Positions 33,637 through 44,392 of a DNA stretch of 64,000 bases are shown in pieces. The DNA is from an uncultured bacterium. Lineage in GTDB: Bacteria > Desulfobacterota_D > UBA1144 > Nemesobacterales > UBA2774. The notes beneath the pieces were generated by a model. It saw only the letters and a program-made list of their open reading frames with translations, searched no databases and was not told where the DNA came from. Every line of letters starts with the position of its first letter. The stretch's first letter is position 1. Where the stretch lies: the NCBI GenBank assembly GCA_963825135.1, contig CAWGRW010000009.1, forward strand, positions 1,440,001 through 1,504,000, read 5' to 3'. The position numbers and the translations under genes were made by a program.

Positions 33637-35307
33637 ATGAAAGAAGATATAGAGAGAGTCGTTTTACAGTCGGTTGCGAGCATAGGCAAGAAAATCAACC
33701 TGACCGACCTTCGTGTCGAGATAGAGGTCGGCATTCCGAAACGGAAGGAATTCGGCGATTTTTCGGTAAATACGGCCATGGTCCTCGCCAAAAAAATGGG
33801 CAAGAACCCGCGGCAGGTCGCGGAGCTCATAATCGAGAACCTCCCCGGCGAGAAAGACACTCTGTTTAAAAAGGTCGAGATCGCGGGCGCGGGCTTCATC
33901 AATTTCTTTGTAAGGGAAGAAGCAATTGTAGGCAAGCTCGGAGAGATAACGAGGCTCGGAGAAAAATTCGGCACGTCCGCCCTCGGAAACGGCCGGAGCG
34001 TGCTCGTGGAATTCGTCAGCGCCAACCCCACCGGCCATCTCCACATGGGACACGCGAGGAACGCCGTCGTCGGGGATACGGTATCGAATATCCTCACGGC
34101 GTCGGGTTACAAGGTCACGAGGGAGTTCTATATCAACGACGCCGGTCGGCAGATGGAGCTTCTGGGTGAATCCGTGTTTGCCAGATACCGTGAGCTCTTC
34201 GGCGAGGCTGCGGACATACCCGAAGACGGGTACAGGGGTGAATACGTAACGGAAATCGCTTCCGAAATAAAGGAGCTCAAGGGCGATTCCCTCTTGAATG
34301 CTCAGCTCTCCGAGGCCCTCGCGTTCTCCGGGGAATACGCGCGTGAAAAATTATTGGGCCTGATCAGAAAAGACCTCGAAGACATTGGCGTACATTTCGA
34401 TGTGTGGTACGGCGAAAAGGAGAATATCCGCGGGTTCGGCGTCGTCCCGGGAAAGCTCGGCGAAATCAGAAAGCGTCTCGCTGATAAGGGCGCGCTCGAG
34501 GAGAAGGAAGGCGCCCTCTGGTTCGCCGCCGCCAGGTACGGGGATACGCAGGACTGGGTGCTCGTGAAGAGCGACGGAAGCCCTACCTACTTCCTGGCCG
34601 ACATCGCGTATCATGCCGACAAGCTGGAGCGGGGCTTCGAAAGTCTCGTGAATGTCTGGGGGGCGGACCACCACGGCCATGTGTCCAGGCTGAAAGCCGC
34701 GCTCAGGGCCCTCGGGTTCGACGACAAGAGGCTCAATGTTGTGCTCATACAGTTTGTCCGACTCATGCGGAACGGGGAAGAGGTGTCTATGTCGAAGAGG
34801 TCGGGCAGCTATGTCACAATGCGTGATGTGGTGAATGAAGTCGGGGCGGACGTGATGCGCTTTTTCCTCCTCATGCGGAGCTCCGAAAGTCATCTCGATT
34901 TCGACCTCGATCTGGCCAGGAAGGAATCGAGCGAGAACCCCGTATATTATATCCAGTACGCCTACGCGCGTATAAAGAGCGTGTTCAGAAAGGCCGGGGA
35001 AGAGGGCGTTAAGGAATCGGACTCCTCGCTCAACCTGCTTTCGCAGCCCGAAGAGATGGACTTGGTCAAAAAACTGCTGATGTATCCGGATATGGTCTTT
35101 GACGCGGCAGAGTCGCTTGCCCCTCACAAGATCGCCTACTTCCTCCAGGAAGTGGCGTCCGACTTCCATGCCTACTATAATAAATGCAGGATCGTAGACA
35201 ACGACCGCGCCATGAGCGGAGCCAGACTTTACCTCGTGAGGTGCGTGCAAACCGTCCTCAGCAACGGGCTTAAGCTGCTCGGCATATCGGCGCCCGAGAG
35301 GATGTGA
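33637..35307 (+). CDS. argS: Arginine--tRNA ligase
   Basis: EFVSANPTGHLHMGHAR, EFYINDAG, WGADHHG, MSKRSG, NPVYYIQYAYAR, APERM. Confidence 0.98.
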   Translation: MKEDIERVVLQSVASIGKKINLTDLRVEIEVGIPKRKEFGDFSVNTAMVLAKKMGKNPRQVAELIIENLPGEKDTLFKKVEIAGAGFINFFVREEAIVGKLGEITRLGEKFGTSALGNGRSVLVEFVSANPTGHLHMGHARNAVVGDTVSNILTASGYKVTREFYINDAGRQMELLGESVFARYRELFGEAADIPEDGYRGEYVTEIASEIKELKGDSLLNAQLSEALAFSGEYAREKLLGLIRKDLEDIGVHFDVWYGEKENIRGFGVVPGKLGEIRKRLADKGALEEKEGALWFAAARYGDTQDWVLVKSDGSPTYFLADIAYHADKLERGFESLVNVWGADHHGHVSRLKAALRALGFDDKRLNVVLIQFVRLMRNGEEVSMSKRSGSYVTMRDVVNEVGADVMRFFLLMRSSESHLDFDLDLARKESSENPVYYIQYAYARIKSVFRKAGEEGVKESDSSLNLLSQPEEMDLVKKLLMYPDMVFDAAESLAPHKIAYFLQEVASDFHAYYNKCRIVDNDRAMSGARLYLVRCVQTVLSNGLKLLGISAPERM

Positions 35308-35310
35308 TCG

Positions 35311-36060
35311 ATGAGCAGGGATAATTCCCCGAGTGGCAGCCGCATACTTTCGTTCCTGTTCGCTTTTACCGTGCTCTTTATATTCGTGTTCGGTCTCGGC
35401 GTATTCGTCGGCAAAAAACTCGGCCGGCAGGAGTTAAGAATAACCAGGGAATTCAACGAAGCCCCACCCGAGCCGTCTATAGCCCCGGTCGAAGAGTCTC
35501 CGGGGACCGGCGTTGAGCAAATAACTGAGAGCCCTCCTCCCGGCGTCGAAGAAAGCATCATAGAGAGCCCCGCCCCTCCGTCTGTTGAGGATGAAAAGAA
35601 GGTCGTCGAGAACGAAGCAGCCGTCGATAAAGAGGCAGAGAAGGCGAAGGCCCCGGAAAGCACACCCGCCCCCGCTCAGGTCAAGCCCGACGAGCGGCTG
35701 GCCGAGATTACCCGCGAGATAGAACGGGATCTCGATAAAAACCGGGCAGAGGAAAAGAAAAAGACAGAAACGGAAACTCAAACGGCTAAAACCACTTTAC
35801 CACGGGTGGATCCCGACGGGATCTACACCGTCCAGATAGGATCGTTTCAGGATCAGAAGCAGGCGAACAGCCTAGCGAGCGCGCTTCAGTCGAAGGGATA
35901 CCCGGTGTTTATAAAGTCCATGACTGCGCCTGATAATAAGAACTGGTACAGGGTCAGGGTAGGGACTTTCAGCAGCATAGAATCGGCAAAAGCCTACGGA
36001 GAATCGCTTAAGGATATAGAGCCGAGCGTGAAATTGATTTTTATAACTGTAAATAATTAA
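35311..36060 (+). CDS. SPOR-domain membrane protein (FtsN/DedD-like)
   Basis: N-terminal TM, disordered linker, YTVQIGSF..WYRVRVG; argS-SPOR synteny. Confidence 0.9.
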   Translation: MSRDNSPSGSRILSFLFAFTVLFIFVFGLGVFVGKKLGRQELRITREFNEAPPEPSIAPVEESPGTGVEQITESPPPGVEESIIESPAPPSVEDEKKVVENEAAVDKEAEKAKAPESTPAPAQVKPDERLAEITREIERDLDKNRAEEKKKTETETQTAKTTLPRVDPDGIYTVQIGSFQDQKQANSLASALQSKGYPVFIKSMTAPDNKNWYRVRVGTFSSIESAKAYGESLKDIEPSVKLIFITVNN

Positions 36061-36099
36061 CGCCGCTGCGGATAAACCCGCGCCCGGAAAAAGGTCACG

Positions 36100-37653
36100 A
36101 TGACGGGAAACACAATCATTCGGTTCATAACTCTTTCCGCTCTTCTGCTCGTATATCTTGCCCTTGTCCATTCTGCCCCGTCACTATCCAAAGATACCGA
36201 TAATGGCGTACTTGTGGTCGAACTCAAAACGAAGTCCGGGCTCGTAAAGGTCTTTTTACCGGACGATATATCCGCGGGCGACACCGTTTCGGCATCCATA
36301 GCGCTTTTTCCCGGGGGAGTCACCCGGGAGGCCATGGACCGGAACCTCGGGATACTCGGCGGCTACACTATCGAAACTAGCTTTTTCAGTGTCCCGGCAA
36401 GTCAAAAATCCATAAAAATCACTGTTCCTAGGAATTCGGCCGGGACCGCGATGAAATTCTCTCTCAGAGACGGGTCGATGAAGGTCCTCGACAGCGCCTC
36501 CGTGCCTATCAAGCGTTCGTCTTCCGTGCGGGGCGGCCCGGAGACCCCCACCCCGTATGATTACCAGTGCCCTCTCGTGGGTCAGGCCGGAAGGATAGTT
36601 GAAATAAAAGGTCCCTTCGACGGGGATTTCGCGACGACCGACTTTAGGATCGGCAGTAAAAATGCGCATGTCCTCGCCGAGTCTCCGAGGAAGCTGGTTT
36701 TTCAAAGCCCTGCCGACATAGTGGGTTCGGTTGAAGTGGTGCTGGTCGAGCAGGGAGTGGTCGTCAAAAGGCCGTTCACCTGCCTGCAGGTCCTTAAAAT
36801 AGGCGAGGGGGACGCCGTACGTGTCGTCGGTTCCGCCGGGACGGAGCCTTCCGGGAATAATACCGCCCCGGAAAATGAAAAACAGAGGGACGAAGCGGGA
36901 GTGAAGGGGAGGGAGCTCCCGGCGGCCACGCAGACAATCGAGTTCAGGAGCATTAAGGCTGATGAGACCCTGCCTCCGGTTGAGCCTGCGGCGGAGACGC
37001 CCGCAGCGACATCGGTTCCCGGCGGCAGCAATGAGGAGATACGGGCAATATTGGCGAGCCAGATGGAATCACCGGTCTCGGGGGAGATTCCGGTTAACGG
37101 AAGTAATCCGGCGCCCGCGGCCGAGCCGCCTGCGGCGAAGGAAGAAAATATCAAGGCTCCGGGAGCCGATGAAAGCGCGGAGGAGACCTTGACTGAATCG
37201 GAGCTGGAAATCGCTCCTGAAAAGGTGTCCCGAGAGACCACTCTTCCTGCTTCCGATAATACCGCTGCCGCTAGCGTTACAGCAGTTTCCAATGCCGGGG
37301 TTATTGAAGCACAACTTCTGGCCTCATTCTCCGGAGACCCTTCGAGCGAAGTGGTTTCGGATGCCGTCAAGGACTCCGGGACCAAGACCGTGACCCGTAC
37401 GAAGACCGGGGGGATGTTCACCTTGCAGGTAGCGTCCTACAGAGAGAAGGGGGAAGCCGATGCGTTGGCGGACAGACTCTCTCAAAAGGGGTACGGGGCT
37501 TTCGTGGTCCCCGCGGATGTGCCGGGTAAAGGAAAATGGTTCAGGGTAAGGGTAGGCGAATTCCGCACGAAGAGGGAGGCCGGTACATTCGGTGAAGACC
37601 TGAAAAGAAAAGAGCGTTATATCAAGTCCGTTTACGTTACGGAGAGTGATTGA
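36100..37653 (+). CDS. Exported protein: unknown N-domain, IPT/TIG-like domain, acidic linker, C-terminal SPOR domain
   Basis: GQAGRIVEIKGPFDG..VLAESPR, then FTLQVASY..WFRVRVGEF. Confidence 0.82.
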   Translation: MTGNTIIRFITLSALLLVYLALVHSAPSLSKDTDNGVLVVELKTKSGLVKVFLPDDISAGDTVSASIALFPGGVTREAMDRNLGILGGYTIETSFFSVPASQKSIKITVPRNSAGTAMKFSLRDGSMKVLDSASVPIKRSSSVRGGPETPTPYDYQCPLVGQAGRIVEIKGPFDGDFATTDFRIGSKNAHVLAESPRKLVFQSPADIVGSVEVVLVEQGVVVKRPFTCLQVLKIGEGDAVRVVGSAGTEPSGNNTAPENEKQRDEAGVKGRELPAATQTIEFRSIKADETLPPVEPAAETPAATSVPGGSNEEIRAILASQMESPVSGEIPVNGSNPAPAAEPPAAKEENIKAPGADESAEETLTESELEIAPEKVSRETTLPASDNTAAASVTAVSNAGVIEAQLLASFSGDPSSEVVSDAVKDSGTKTVTRTKTGGMFTLQVASYREKGEADALADRLSQKGYGAFVVPADVPGKGKWFRVRVGEFRTKREAGTFGEDLKRKERYIKSVYVTESD

Positions 37654-37779
37654 ATCCGTTTTATAAACGCTTAACCCGGCTATTTCAATACAAGCTCGGG
37701 TCCGTCTTGCCTGAAAATGCCAAAACGGATATTGTTATTCCCCAAGAGGGCGTATCATTCCTGGAACGGACAAAATAAT

Positions 37780-38502
37780 ATGACACATCCGGAAGAGATT
37801 ACGGAAAGGTCTAAAAACAAGAAAAGGCCTGAGTCCACCATGCTGGTCGGAAGCGGCATAAAGACATGGTGGCTGCTGCTCATGCTGCCCATCGAGGATT
37901 ATCTTCTGAAGATCAGGGTCCATCCCAATATCCTTACCGTTTCCACGCTCGTCGTTGCGGTTATTACGGGGCTGTTCTATCACTTCGGATGGATTTTTGC
38001 GGGCGGTGTGCTGGTGCTGGCAGGCTCGACGTTCGATATTTTTGACGGGCGCGTCGCGAGGGCTCAGGGGCTCAGCAGCGAGCACGGGGCCTTCTTCGAT
38101 TCGTGTCTCGACAGGTTTTCGGAGGCCTTCATCTACCTGGGCCTGCTCAGTCTCTATCGGGATACGATATTTTCCTACGTGGTCTTTCTCATCCTCGTTT
38201 CTACCACCATGGTCAGTTATACGCGGGCGCGGGCGGAGGGGCTGGGAGTGAAGTGTGAAGTGGGCGTTATGCAGAGGGCCGAAAGGGTCGTATACCTTGG
38301 GGTGCTTTCGGTTTTTAACTTTCTTGGAAATATCGTCTCGGGCGCCCTCGGCCTGGGGTCAGGCGACTATCTGCTCAAGCTGTCGCTATTATTAATGCTC
38401 GTATTCTCTTCCTATACCGCGCTCCAGCGCATGTTCCATGTGATGACCGAGCTCAGGAATAGGGAAGAGAAAAAGAAAATCGAGGCTGAAACAATTCCTT
38501 AA
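37780..38502 (+). CDS. CDP-alcohol phosphatidyltransferase
   Basis: PNILT, DIFDGRVAR..GAFFDSCLDR, SYTRARAEGLG, MQRAER. Confidence 0.93.
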   Translation: MTHPEEITERSKNKKRPESTMLVGSGIKTWWLLLMLPIEDYLLKIRVHPNILTVSTLVVAVITGLFYHFGWIFAGGVLVLAGSTFDIFDGRVARAQGLSSEHGAFFDSCLDRFSEAFIYLGLLSLYRDTIFSYVVFLILVSTTMVSYTRARAEGLGVKCEVGVMQRAERVVYLGVLSVFNFLGNIVSGALGLGSGDYLLKLSLLLMLVFSSYTALQRMFHVMTELRNREEKKKIEAETIP

Positions 38503-38684
38503 CCCCCTGATTTGAAAGGGGTTTCGTTTGCCGCTTCTCCCCTTAGAAAGCATGAATCCCATTTGCTAGAATAAAAATTCACAGGTATAAATCAAGTGCT
38601 TCGAAACCGGGGGCCCCGGCGTTTTTAAGTGCCTCCGGATATTCTCGTTTAATCATATATTGATTCTTATTCCGCGTTACTAAG

Positions 38685-41600
38685 ATGCCTAAGCGTAAAG
38701 ATATTAGAACCATACTGCTCATAGGGTCGGGTCCGATAGTCATAGGGCAGGCCTGCGAGTTCGACTATTCCGGCACACAGGCGTGTAAAGCTCTCAAGGA
38801 AGAGGGCTTCAGGATAGTGCTCGTAAACTCGAACCCCGCTACCATCATGACCGATCCCACGTTCGCGGACAGGACATACATAGAGCCCCTCGTACCGGGG
38901 ATCGTGGAAAAGATAATAGAGAAAGAAAGGCCTGACGCCCTGCTCCCGACGCTCGGGGGACAGACGGCGCTCAATATCGCTGTCGATCTCGCGGAGTCGG
39001 GCGTGCTCGAAAAATACGGAGTGGAGCTCATCGGAGCCAAGCTGCACGCGATCAAAAAGGCCGAGAACAGGGAGCTCTTCAAGCAGGCCATGCTGAAGAT
39101 AGGCCTTGAAGTCCCCAGGAGCGGCGTCGCGCATTCGATGACGGATGCCTGGGAGGTCATCGAAGAGCTCGGGTTTCCTGTGATAATACGCCCCTCTTTC
39201 ACGCTCGGGGGCTCAGGCGGCAGCGTCGCGTATAACAAAGAAGAGTTCCAGGAATTTGCAAAGTCGGGACTGGATCTCAGTCCCATAAGCGAAATTCTGA
39301 TCGAGGAATCGGTCCTCGGGTGGAAGGAATACGAGCTCGAAGTGATGCGCGACGGCATGGACAACGTCGTGATTATATGCTCGATAGAGAACTTCGACCC
39401 CATGGGGGTCCATACGGGGGACAGCATTACAGTCGCCCCGGCCCAGACGTTAAGCGATAAGGAATATCAGAAGATGCGAGACGCGTCAATCGCCATCATA
39501 AGGGAGATAGGCGTCGATACAGGGGGGTCAAACATTCAGTTCGGGCTCAACCCGGACGACGGGCGCATGGTGGTCATTGAGATGAACCCCAGGGTGTCCA
39601 GGAGCTCCGCCCTCGCGTCCAAAGCCACGGGTTTCCCCATTGCGAAGATCGCGGCGAAGCTCGCTGTCGGTTACACGCTCGATGAGATTTCGAACGACAT
39701 CACGCGCTATACCCCCGCGTCCTTCGAGCCCTCGATAGATTACGTCGTCGTCAAGATACCCAGGTTCACGTTCGAAAAGTTTCCGCAGACGGATTCCTCG
39801 CTGACGACGCAGATGAAATCCGTGGGAGAGGTAATGGCGATAGGCAGGACGTTCAAGGAATCGCTCCACAAGGCCATCAGGTCTCTCGAGATAGACTCCG
39901 CGGGGTTCGAGTCGAGATCGGTCGATACCGGGATTATCAGGGAAAAATTAAGGACGCCCAATTCCGACAGGCTCTGGTACATCGCAGACGCCCTCAGGTG
40001 CGGGATGGATATAGAAGAAATTTTCGGTCTTACGTATATAGACAGGTGGTTTCTCAGGAATATCGAGCAGATAGTTCAAATGGAGGGCAAGCTCAGGTCC
40101 TCCAGGGGGAAGATGAACGGGAACCTACTGAGGAATGCCAAGGAGTACGGGTTTTCGGATATAAGGCTCGCCGAGCTTACCGGGAAGTCGCAGGACGATA
40201 TCAGAAAATCCAGACTAAAGAATAAAATCACTTCCGTATATAAGATGGTCGACACATGCGCCGCAGAGTTCGAGGCCTACACCCCTTATCTTTATTCGAC
40301 TTACGAACGGGAGGACGAGGCCCCGCCGACCGGTAAAACCAAAGTCGTGATACTGGGAGGCGGCCCTAACAGGATCGGGCAGGGCATAGAGTTCGATTAC
40401 TGCTGCGTCCATGCCTCGTTCTCCCTTAGGGAAGAGGGTTACGAAGCGATAATGGTGAACTGCAACCCCGAGACCGTGAGCACCGATTACGACACCTCTG
40501 ACAGGCTCTATTTCGAGCCCCTCACGCTCGAGGATACCCTGGCCATAGTCGGGAGGGAAAATCCCGACGGGGTGATCGTGCAGCTGGGCGGCCAGACCCC
40601 CCTTAAGCTCGCAATCCCGCTTGAGGAGCGGGGCGTCAAAATAATCGGCACATCGCCCGACAGCATCGACCTCGCGGAGGACAGGGAGAGGTTCAGGGAC
40701 CTGGTTCACGCACTCGGTCTCAGGCAGCCCGAGAGCGGGATCGCCAGGAGTCAGGACGAGGCGCTCAGGATTGCCGGTACGATCGGATATCCGATAGTAG
40801 TCAGGCCCTCCTACGTCCTCGGCGGCCGCGCCATGGAGATCGTCTATACGGAGGAATCACTCAGGCGATACATAAGAGAGGCCGTAAGGGTATCCCCAAA
40901 CCGCCCTGTGCTGATAGACAAGTTCTTAAACGACGCGAAGGAAGTCGATGTCGACGCGTTGTCGGACGGCGAAACGGTAGTCATCGGCGGGGTGCTGGAG
41001 CACATCGAAGAAGCTGGCGTCCACTCCGGGGACAGCGCCATGGTACTTCCGCCGTTCTCGATCGACGCCCGGGTAATAAAGGAAATAAAGCGTCAGACAA
41101 GGGAGCTCTCGCTCGCGCTTAACGTTAAGGGGCTCGTAAACATTCAATTCGCGGTAAAGGACAATGTCGTTTACATACTCGAAGTGAACCCCCGCGCGAG
41201 CAGGACGGTGCCGTTCGTCAGTAAAGCCATAGGAGTCCCGCTTGCCAAGATCGGCACGAAAATCATGATCGGGAAGACCCTCAACGAGCTCGGCTTTACG
41301 AAGGAGATAGTCCCCGCGCATTACTGCGTAAAGGAATCCGTTTTCCCTTTCATAAAGTTTCAGGGCGTGGATACGATCCTCGGTCCCGAGATGAAATCGA
41401 CGGGCGAGGTCATGGGCATCGATAACGAAATCAGCATGGCGTTCGCGAAAGCCCAGATGGCCGCCGGCAACGACCTCCCACTTTCCGGCACCGCGTTCAT
41501 AAGCGTGAAGGACGACGATAAACCCAGGCTCTCCGAGTTCACTGGGGACCTCGCGGGGCTCGGTTTTAGCATTATGGCGACGAAGGGCACCGCGGCTTAT

Positions 41601-41876
41601 CTCGAAAGTATCGGCATACATTGTTCTGTCGTGAAGAAGGTAAAGGAGGGGCGTCCGCACGTAGTCGATCACATAAAAAACGGGGGGGTTCAGCTCGTCG
41701 TAAATACTACGTTCGGGGAAAAAGAGGTGGAGCAGTCATACTCGATAAGAAGGGCTGCTCTCGTTCACAGGGTGCCGTATTTTACCACGATTTCCGGCGC
41801 CAAGGCCGCCGTGGGAGCGATCGGGGCGCTGATTAAGAGGGGGCTCGACGTAAAGGCTATTCAGGACTATTATTAA
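38685..41876 (+). CDS. carB: Carbamoyl-phosphate synthase large subunit
   Basis: [17 protein letters not shown], two ATP-grasp halves, [16 protein letters not shown] domain. Confidence 0.99.
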   Translation: MPKRKDIRTILLIGSGPIVIGQACEFDYSGTQACKALKEEGFRIVLVNSNPATIMTDPTFADRTYIEPLVPGIVEKIIEKERPDALLPTLGGQTALNIAVDLAESGVLEKYGVELIGAKLHAIKKAENRELFKQAMLKIGLEVPRSGVAHSMTDAWEVIEELGFPVIIRPSFTLGGSGGSVAYNKEEFQEFAKSGLDLSPISEILIEESVLGWKEYELEVMRDGMDNVVIICSIENFDPMGVHTGDSITVAPAQTLSDKEYQKMRDASIAIIREIGVDTGGSNIQFGLNPDDGRMVVIEMNPRVSRSSALASKATGFPIAKIAAKLAVGYTLDEISNDITRYTPASFEPSIDYVVVKIPRFTFEKFPQTDSSLTTQMKSVGEVMAIGRTFKESLHKAIRSLEIDSAGFESRSVDTGIIREKLRTPNSDRLWYIADALRCGMDIEEIFGLTYIDRWFLRNIEQIVQMEGKLRSSRGKMNGNLLRNAKEYGFSDIRLAELTGKSQDDIRKSRLKNKITSVYKMVDTCAAEFEAYTPYLYSTYEREDEAPPTGKTKVVILGGGPNRIGQGIEFDYCCVHASFSLREEGYEAIMVNCNPETVSTDYDTSDRLYFEPLTLEDTLAIVGRENPDGVIVQLGGQTPLKLAIPLEERGVKIIGTSPDSIDLAEDRERFRDLVHALGLRQPESGIARSQDEALRIAGTIGYPIVVRPSYVLGGRAMEIVYTEESLRRYIREAVRVSPNRPVLIDKFLNDAKEVDVDALSDGETVVIGGVLEHIEEAGVHSGDSAMVLPPFSIDARVIKEIKRQTRELSLALNVKGLVNIQFAVKDNVVYILEVNPRASRTVPFVSKAIGVPLAKIGTKIMIGKTLNELGFTKEIVPAHYCVKESVFPFIKFQGVDTILGPEMKSTGEVMGIDNEISMAFAKAQMAAGNDLPLSGTAFISVKDDDKPRLSEFTGDLAGLGFSIMATKGTAAYLESIGIHCSVVKKVKEGRPHVVDHIKNGGVQLVVNTTFGEKEVEQSYSIRRAALVHRVPYFTTISGAKAAVGAIGALIKRGLDVKAIQDYY

Positions 41877-41979
41877 GTGTTGTATAATACATACCATGTT
41901 CCGCTTTTCTAAAATTGATTTAATCCGCTTAATACGGTTTCCGTTTCCGCTCTCTTAGCAGCTCCAGGAGGATTTTAAT

Positions 41980-42456
41980 ATGACAGTAGAAAGAGTGCCG
42001 ATGACCCCCAATGGATATAAAAAGATGCAGGAGGAGCTCCGCAGGCTGAAGACCGTGGAAAGACAGGCGGTGATAAAGCTTATCGAGTTCGCGAGGTCTC
42101 TTGGGGACCTTTCGGAGAATGCCGAGTATGAAACGGCGAAGCAAAGACAATCCTTCGTGGAAGGGAGAATTCAGGAGCTCGAGAGCAGGATCAGCAGGGC
42201 GGAGGTTATCGACCCCGCTGAGTTAAGGGATAAAGACAGGGTAACGTTCGGGGTCAGGGTCAGGCTTGAGAACGTCGATACGGGGGAAACTGTCAGCTAT
42301 CAGCTCGTCGGACCCGATGAATCCGACCCTGAAGGCGGTCTCATCTCGATTTCCTCGCCCATCGGGAAGGCGCTAATAGGAAAGCGGGTTGATGACGAGG
42401 TTCAGGTTCAAGCGCCGGGCGGCGTAAGGGAGTTCGTCGTTCTTGAGATCACCTGA
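41980..42456 (+). CDS. greA: Transcription elongation factor GreA
   Basis: GDLSENAEY, ISISSPIGKALIG; carB-greA synteny. Confidence 0.97.
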   Translation: MTVERVPMTPNGYKKMQEELRRLKTVERQAVIKLIEFARSLGDLSENAEYETAKQRQSFVEGRIQELESRISRAEVIDPAELRDKDRVTFGVRVRLENVDTGETVSYQLVGPDESDPEGGLISISSPIGKALIGKRVDDEVQVQAPGGVREFVVLEIT

Positions 42457-42472
42457 CCGTCGGTAAACGACA

Positions 42473-43552
42473 TCATTCGACGTCTATGGAGGACGCGACT
42501 TTTCCCGTTTCAGGATTGTAAATATATTCCCCGCCCAGAGGGTGGGCCGGGAAATCCGTTGTTGTCTGCAGTTCTATGAATTTTCTGAGCTCGTCCATAT
42601 TCTTCGGATAATCACCGTATAGCTTATTATATCTGGCCGACTTTGCATTCAGAAAATTTATATCCTCATCGATCTTCCGCTTGGATAATTCCGAGCTTTT
42701 GATCGCCCCGATCTTGGGCGCCAGAATGAATTTGCCTCCCATCGGGGCCTCCGGAATCCCGTTTTTCAACACGCCGGCCCTGACCATGTCTTCGAGCCCG
42801 GAGGGGGGCTTTCCATAGGTTTTGACGTACTCGCGGAGGGACTCGGTCAGTTTGTCTTCGAGGGACATGGTATCTATCTCCTCTATATTTCTCAGAGCGA
42901 AGTTCCTTCTCCCTTCGCTCGGGCTCGTTTCGTAGATTATTTCCCAGATTTTCCTCGAAAGCTCCCTGTTCCCGCCCTTCGCATGGGCCGACGCGGCCAT
43001 GCCCTTCATCGAGGCTGCCCTCAATGGGGAAATGCCCGGCTTCTCGGACGCTTCCTTGAACAGCTCTGCCGACTTTTCGTAGTCCTTCGGGTAGAAATAG
43101 TATATAAAGGCTTCCTCCAGGGGCAGGTTGTAGTTCCCGGGGTTGTTCTTCCTCCCTTTGTCGAGGAGCTCTATCCCTTTCTTCGTCTCGCCGAGCCCGA
43201 AAGGCGGAGGTTCGGCCAGGAAAGTGCCTCCGTACCTGTATGCGTTTATGAACTTCGGGTCGAGATCCGTGATGATATCGAAGTAGTGATAAAGCAGGTC
43301 GGAGTTCAGGTCAGCGGGTTTCTCTCCGCCGAAGTACTGGAGCGCCCGTATCCAGTAAATGTCGGCCAAAATCTCATAATATCCCAGGGACAGCTTTTTC
43401 AGGGACGACGAAGATATGTAGAGGCTCCCTTCGACAGACCGGAACTTGCCCCTTATTTCGTCTATCCTTATCTGAAACGGAATCGATACCGCTACCAGCA
43501 CGGCCAGAATGACGAGGGCGACAACAGGCTTTCTGGATGATATGACGGACAT
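42473..43552 (-). CDS. Pilin-locus membrane-anchored TPR protein (Myxococcus PilG / Geobacter Xap-like) with two pseudopilin-like repeats
   Basis: N-terminal TM, LADIYWIRALQY..ITDLDPKF, TPR-like helices, two YGxxPxx(L/M)..PxGGx(F/Y) repeats. Confidence 0.75.
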   Translation of the reverse strand: MSVISSRKPVVALVILAVLVAVSIPFQIRIDEIRGKFRSVEGSLYISSSSLKKLSLGYYEILADIYWIRALQYFGGEKPADLNSDLLYHYFDIITDLDPKFINAYRYGGTFLAEPPPFGLGETKKGIELLDKGRKNNPGNYNLPLEEAFIYYFYPKDYEKSAELFKEASEKPGISPLRAASMKGMAASAHAKGGNRELSRKIWEIIYETSPSEGRRNFALRNIEEIDTMSLEDKLTESLREYVKTYGKPPSGLEDMVRAGVLKNGIPEAPMGGKFILAPKIGAIKSSELSKRKIDEDINFLNAKSARYNKLYGDYPKNMDELRKFIELQTTTDFPAHPLGGEYIYNPETGKVASSIDVE

Positions 43553-43555
43553 ATA

Positions 43556-44359
43556 TTATTTGAACTCTTTCCTCTCGAAGATGATGATTGCGAGTATCAG
43601 AAGGGCGAGCGTATATAGGACCGCATAGACCGTGGTGTATAAGACCAGGTCGGGGTTAACGATGCCGCCGTAAACGGCTTCGCTCCTCACGTCGAATTTC
43701 TCCAGATTGGGAATTATTCTGTACACCGCTTCTGAAAATATTGCGGTTACCGGGCTCTTGACTTCCTCGGCGAACAGTCTGATATCGCTCGAGAAGCGGC
43801 CTATCGCGATGGCGAAAAAGGTGAAAAGGGCGCTCATAACCGGGGTCGTGAAGCTCGAGAAGACGAGCGCTATGCCGATTACGACGAGGAATTCGAGGTA
43901 TTCGAAATATATCGCGTTAAAGAACTCCGCGTAGTAATGCCCCCCGTAATAAAAGTTTATCAGCCCCTCGTACCTGATTTCTATGAACAGCACCAGCAGG
44001 AATAGAATAAGCGCCATTCCGAGCGTGATTACGAATAGAGTAAGCCCAAGGCCCAGATACTTCCCGAATATGAATTCGTATCTCTTTATAGGCTTCGAGA
44101 AGATGTTGTAGACAGTCTTTCTCTCCACCTCTTTATATACGAGTCCGATACCCAGAAATACGGAGATAAGGATTCCGATTATGGATATCGCGGTGAGTCC
44201 CAGGTCCTTGACTATCTTGTTGTGCTGTTCCGCCGATATGCTGGCGAAGACGAGCGAGCTCATGATCATTATTATTGCGAATAAGATAAGGCTGTAGAGG
44301 ACCCTGTCCCTGATTGCCTCAATGAACGTATTGTGCGCGACGCTCAGTATTCTTCTCAT
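43556..44359 (-). CDS. ABC-2 permease (PilI-like)
   Basis: EAIRDRVLY, KEVERKT..FSKPIKR..GKYLG, C-terminal FERKEF; about six TMs. Confidence 0.88.
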   Translation of the reverse strand: MRRILSVAHNTFIEAIRDRVLYSLILFAIIMIMSSLVFASISAEQHNKIVKDLGLTAISIIGILISVFLGIGLVYKEVERKTVYNIFSKPIKRYEFIFGKYLGLGLTLFVITLGMALILFLLVLFIEIRYEGLINFYYGGHYYAEFFNAIYFEYLEFLVVIGIALVFSSFTTPVMSALFTFFAIAIGRFSSDIRLFAEEVKSPVTAIFSEAVYRIIPNLEKFDVRSEAVYGGIVNPDLVLYTTVYAVLYTLALLILAIIIFERKEFK

Positions 44360-44392
44360 CTTGTCCTGTATGCCTGACGGGGGTCGAAGTCT

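Noticed and set aside
34351..35250. 299-aa minus-strand ORF and similar long antisense ORFs over thiC, nadB, rho, ruvB, carB and hyuB
   Set aside because: Shadows of well-supported genes caused by codon bias
38600..38630. CCGGG/CCCGG hairpin with T-run in the carB leader as a pyrimidine attenuator
   Set aside because: Short stem, no PyrR-binding motif or leader peptide; too weak to call
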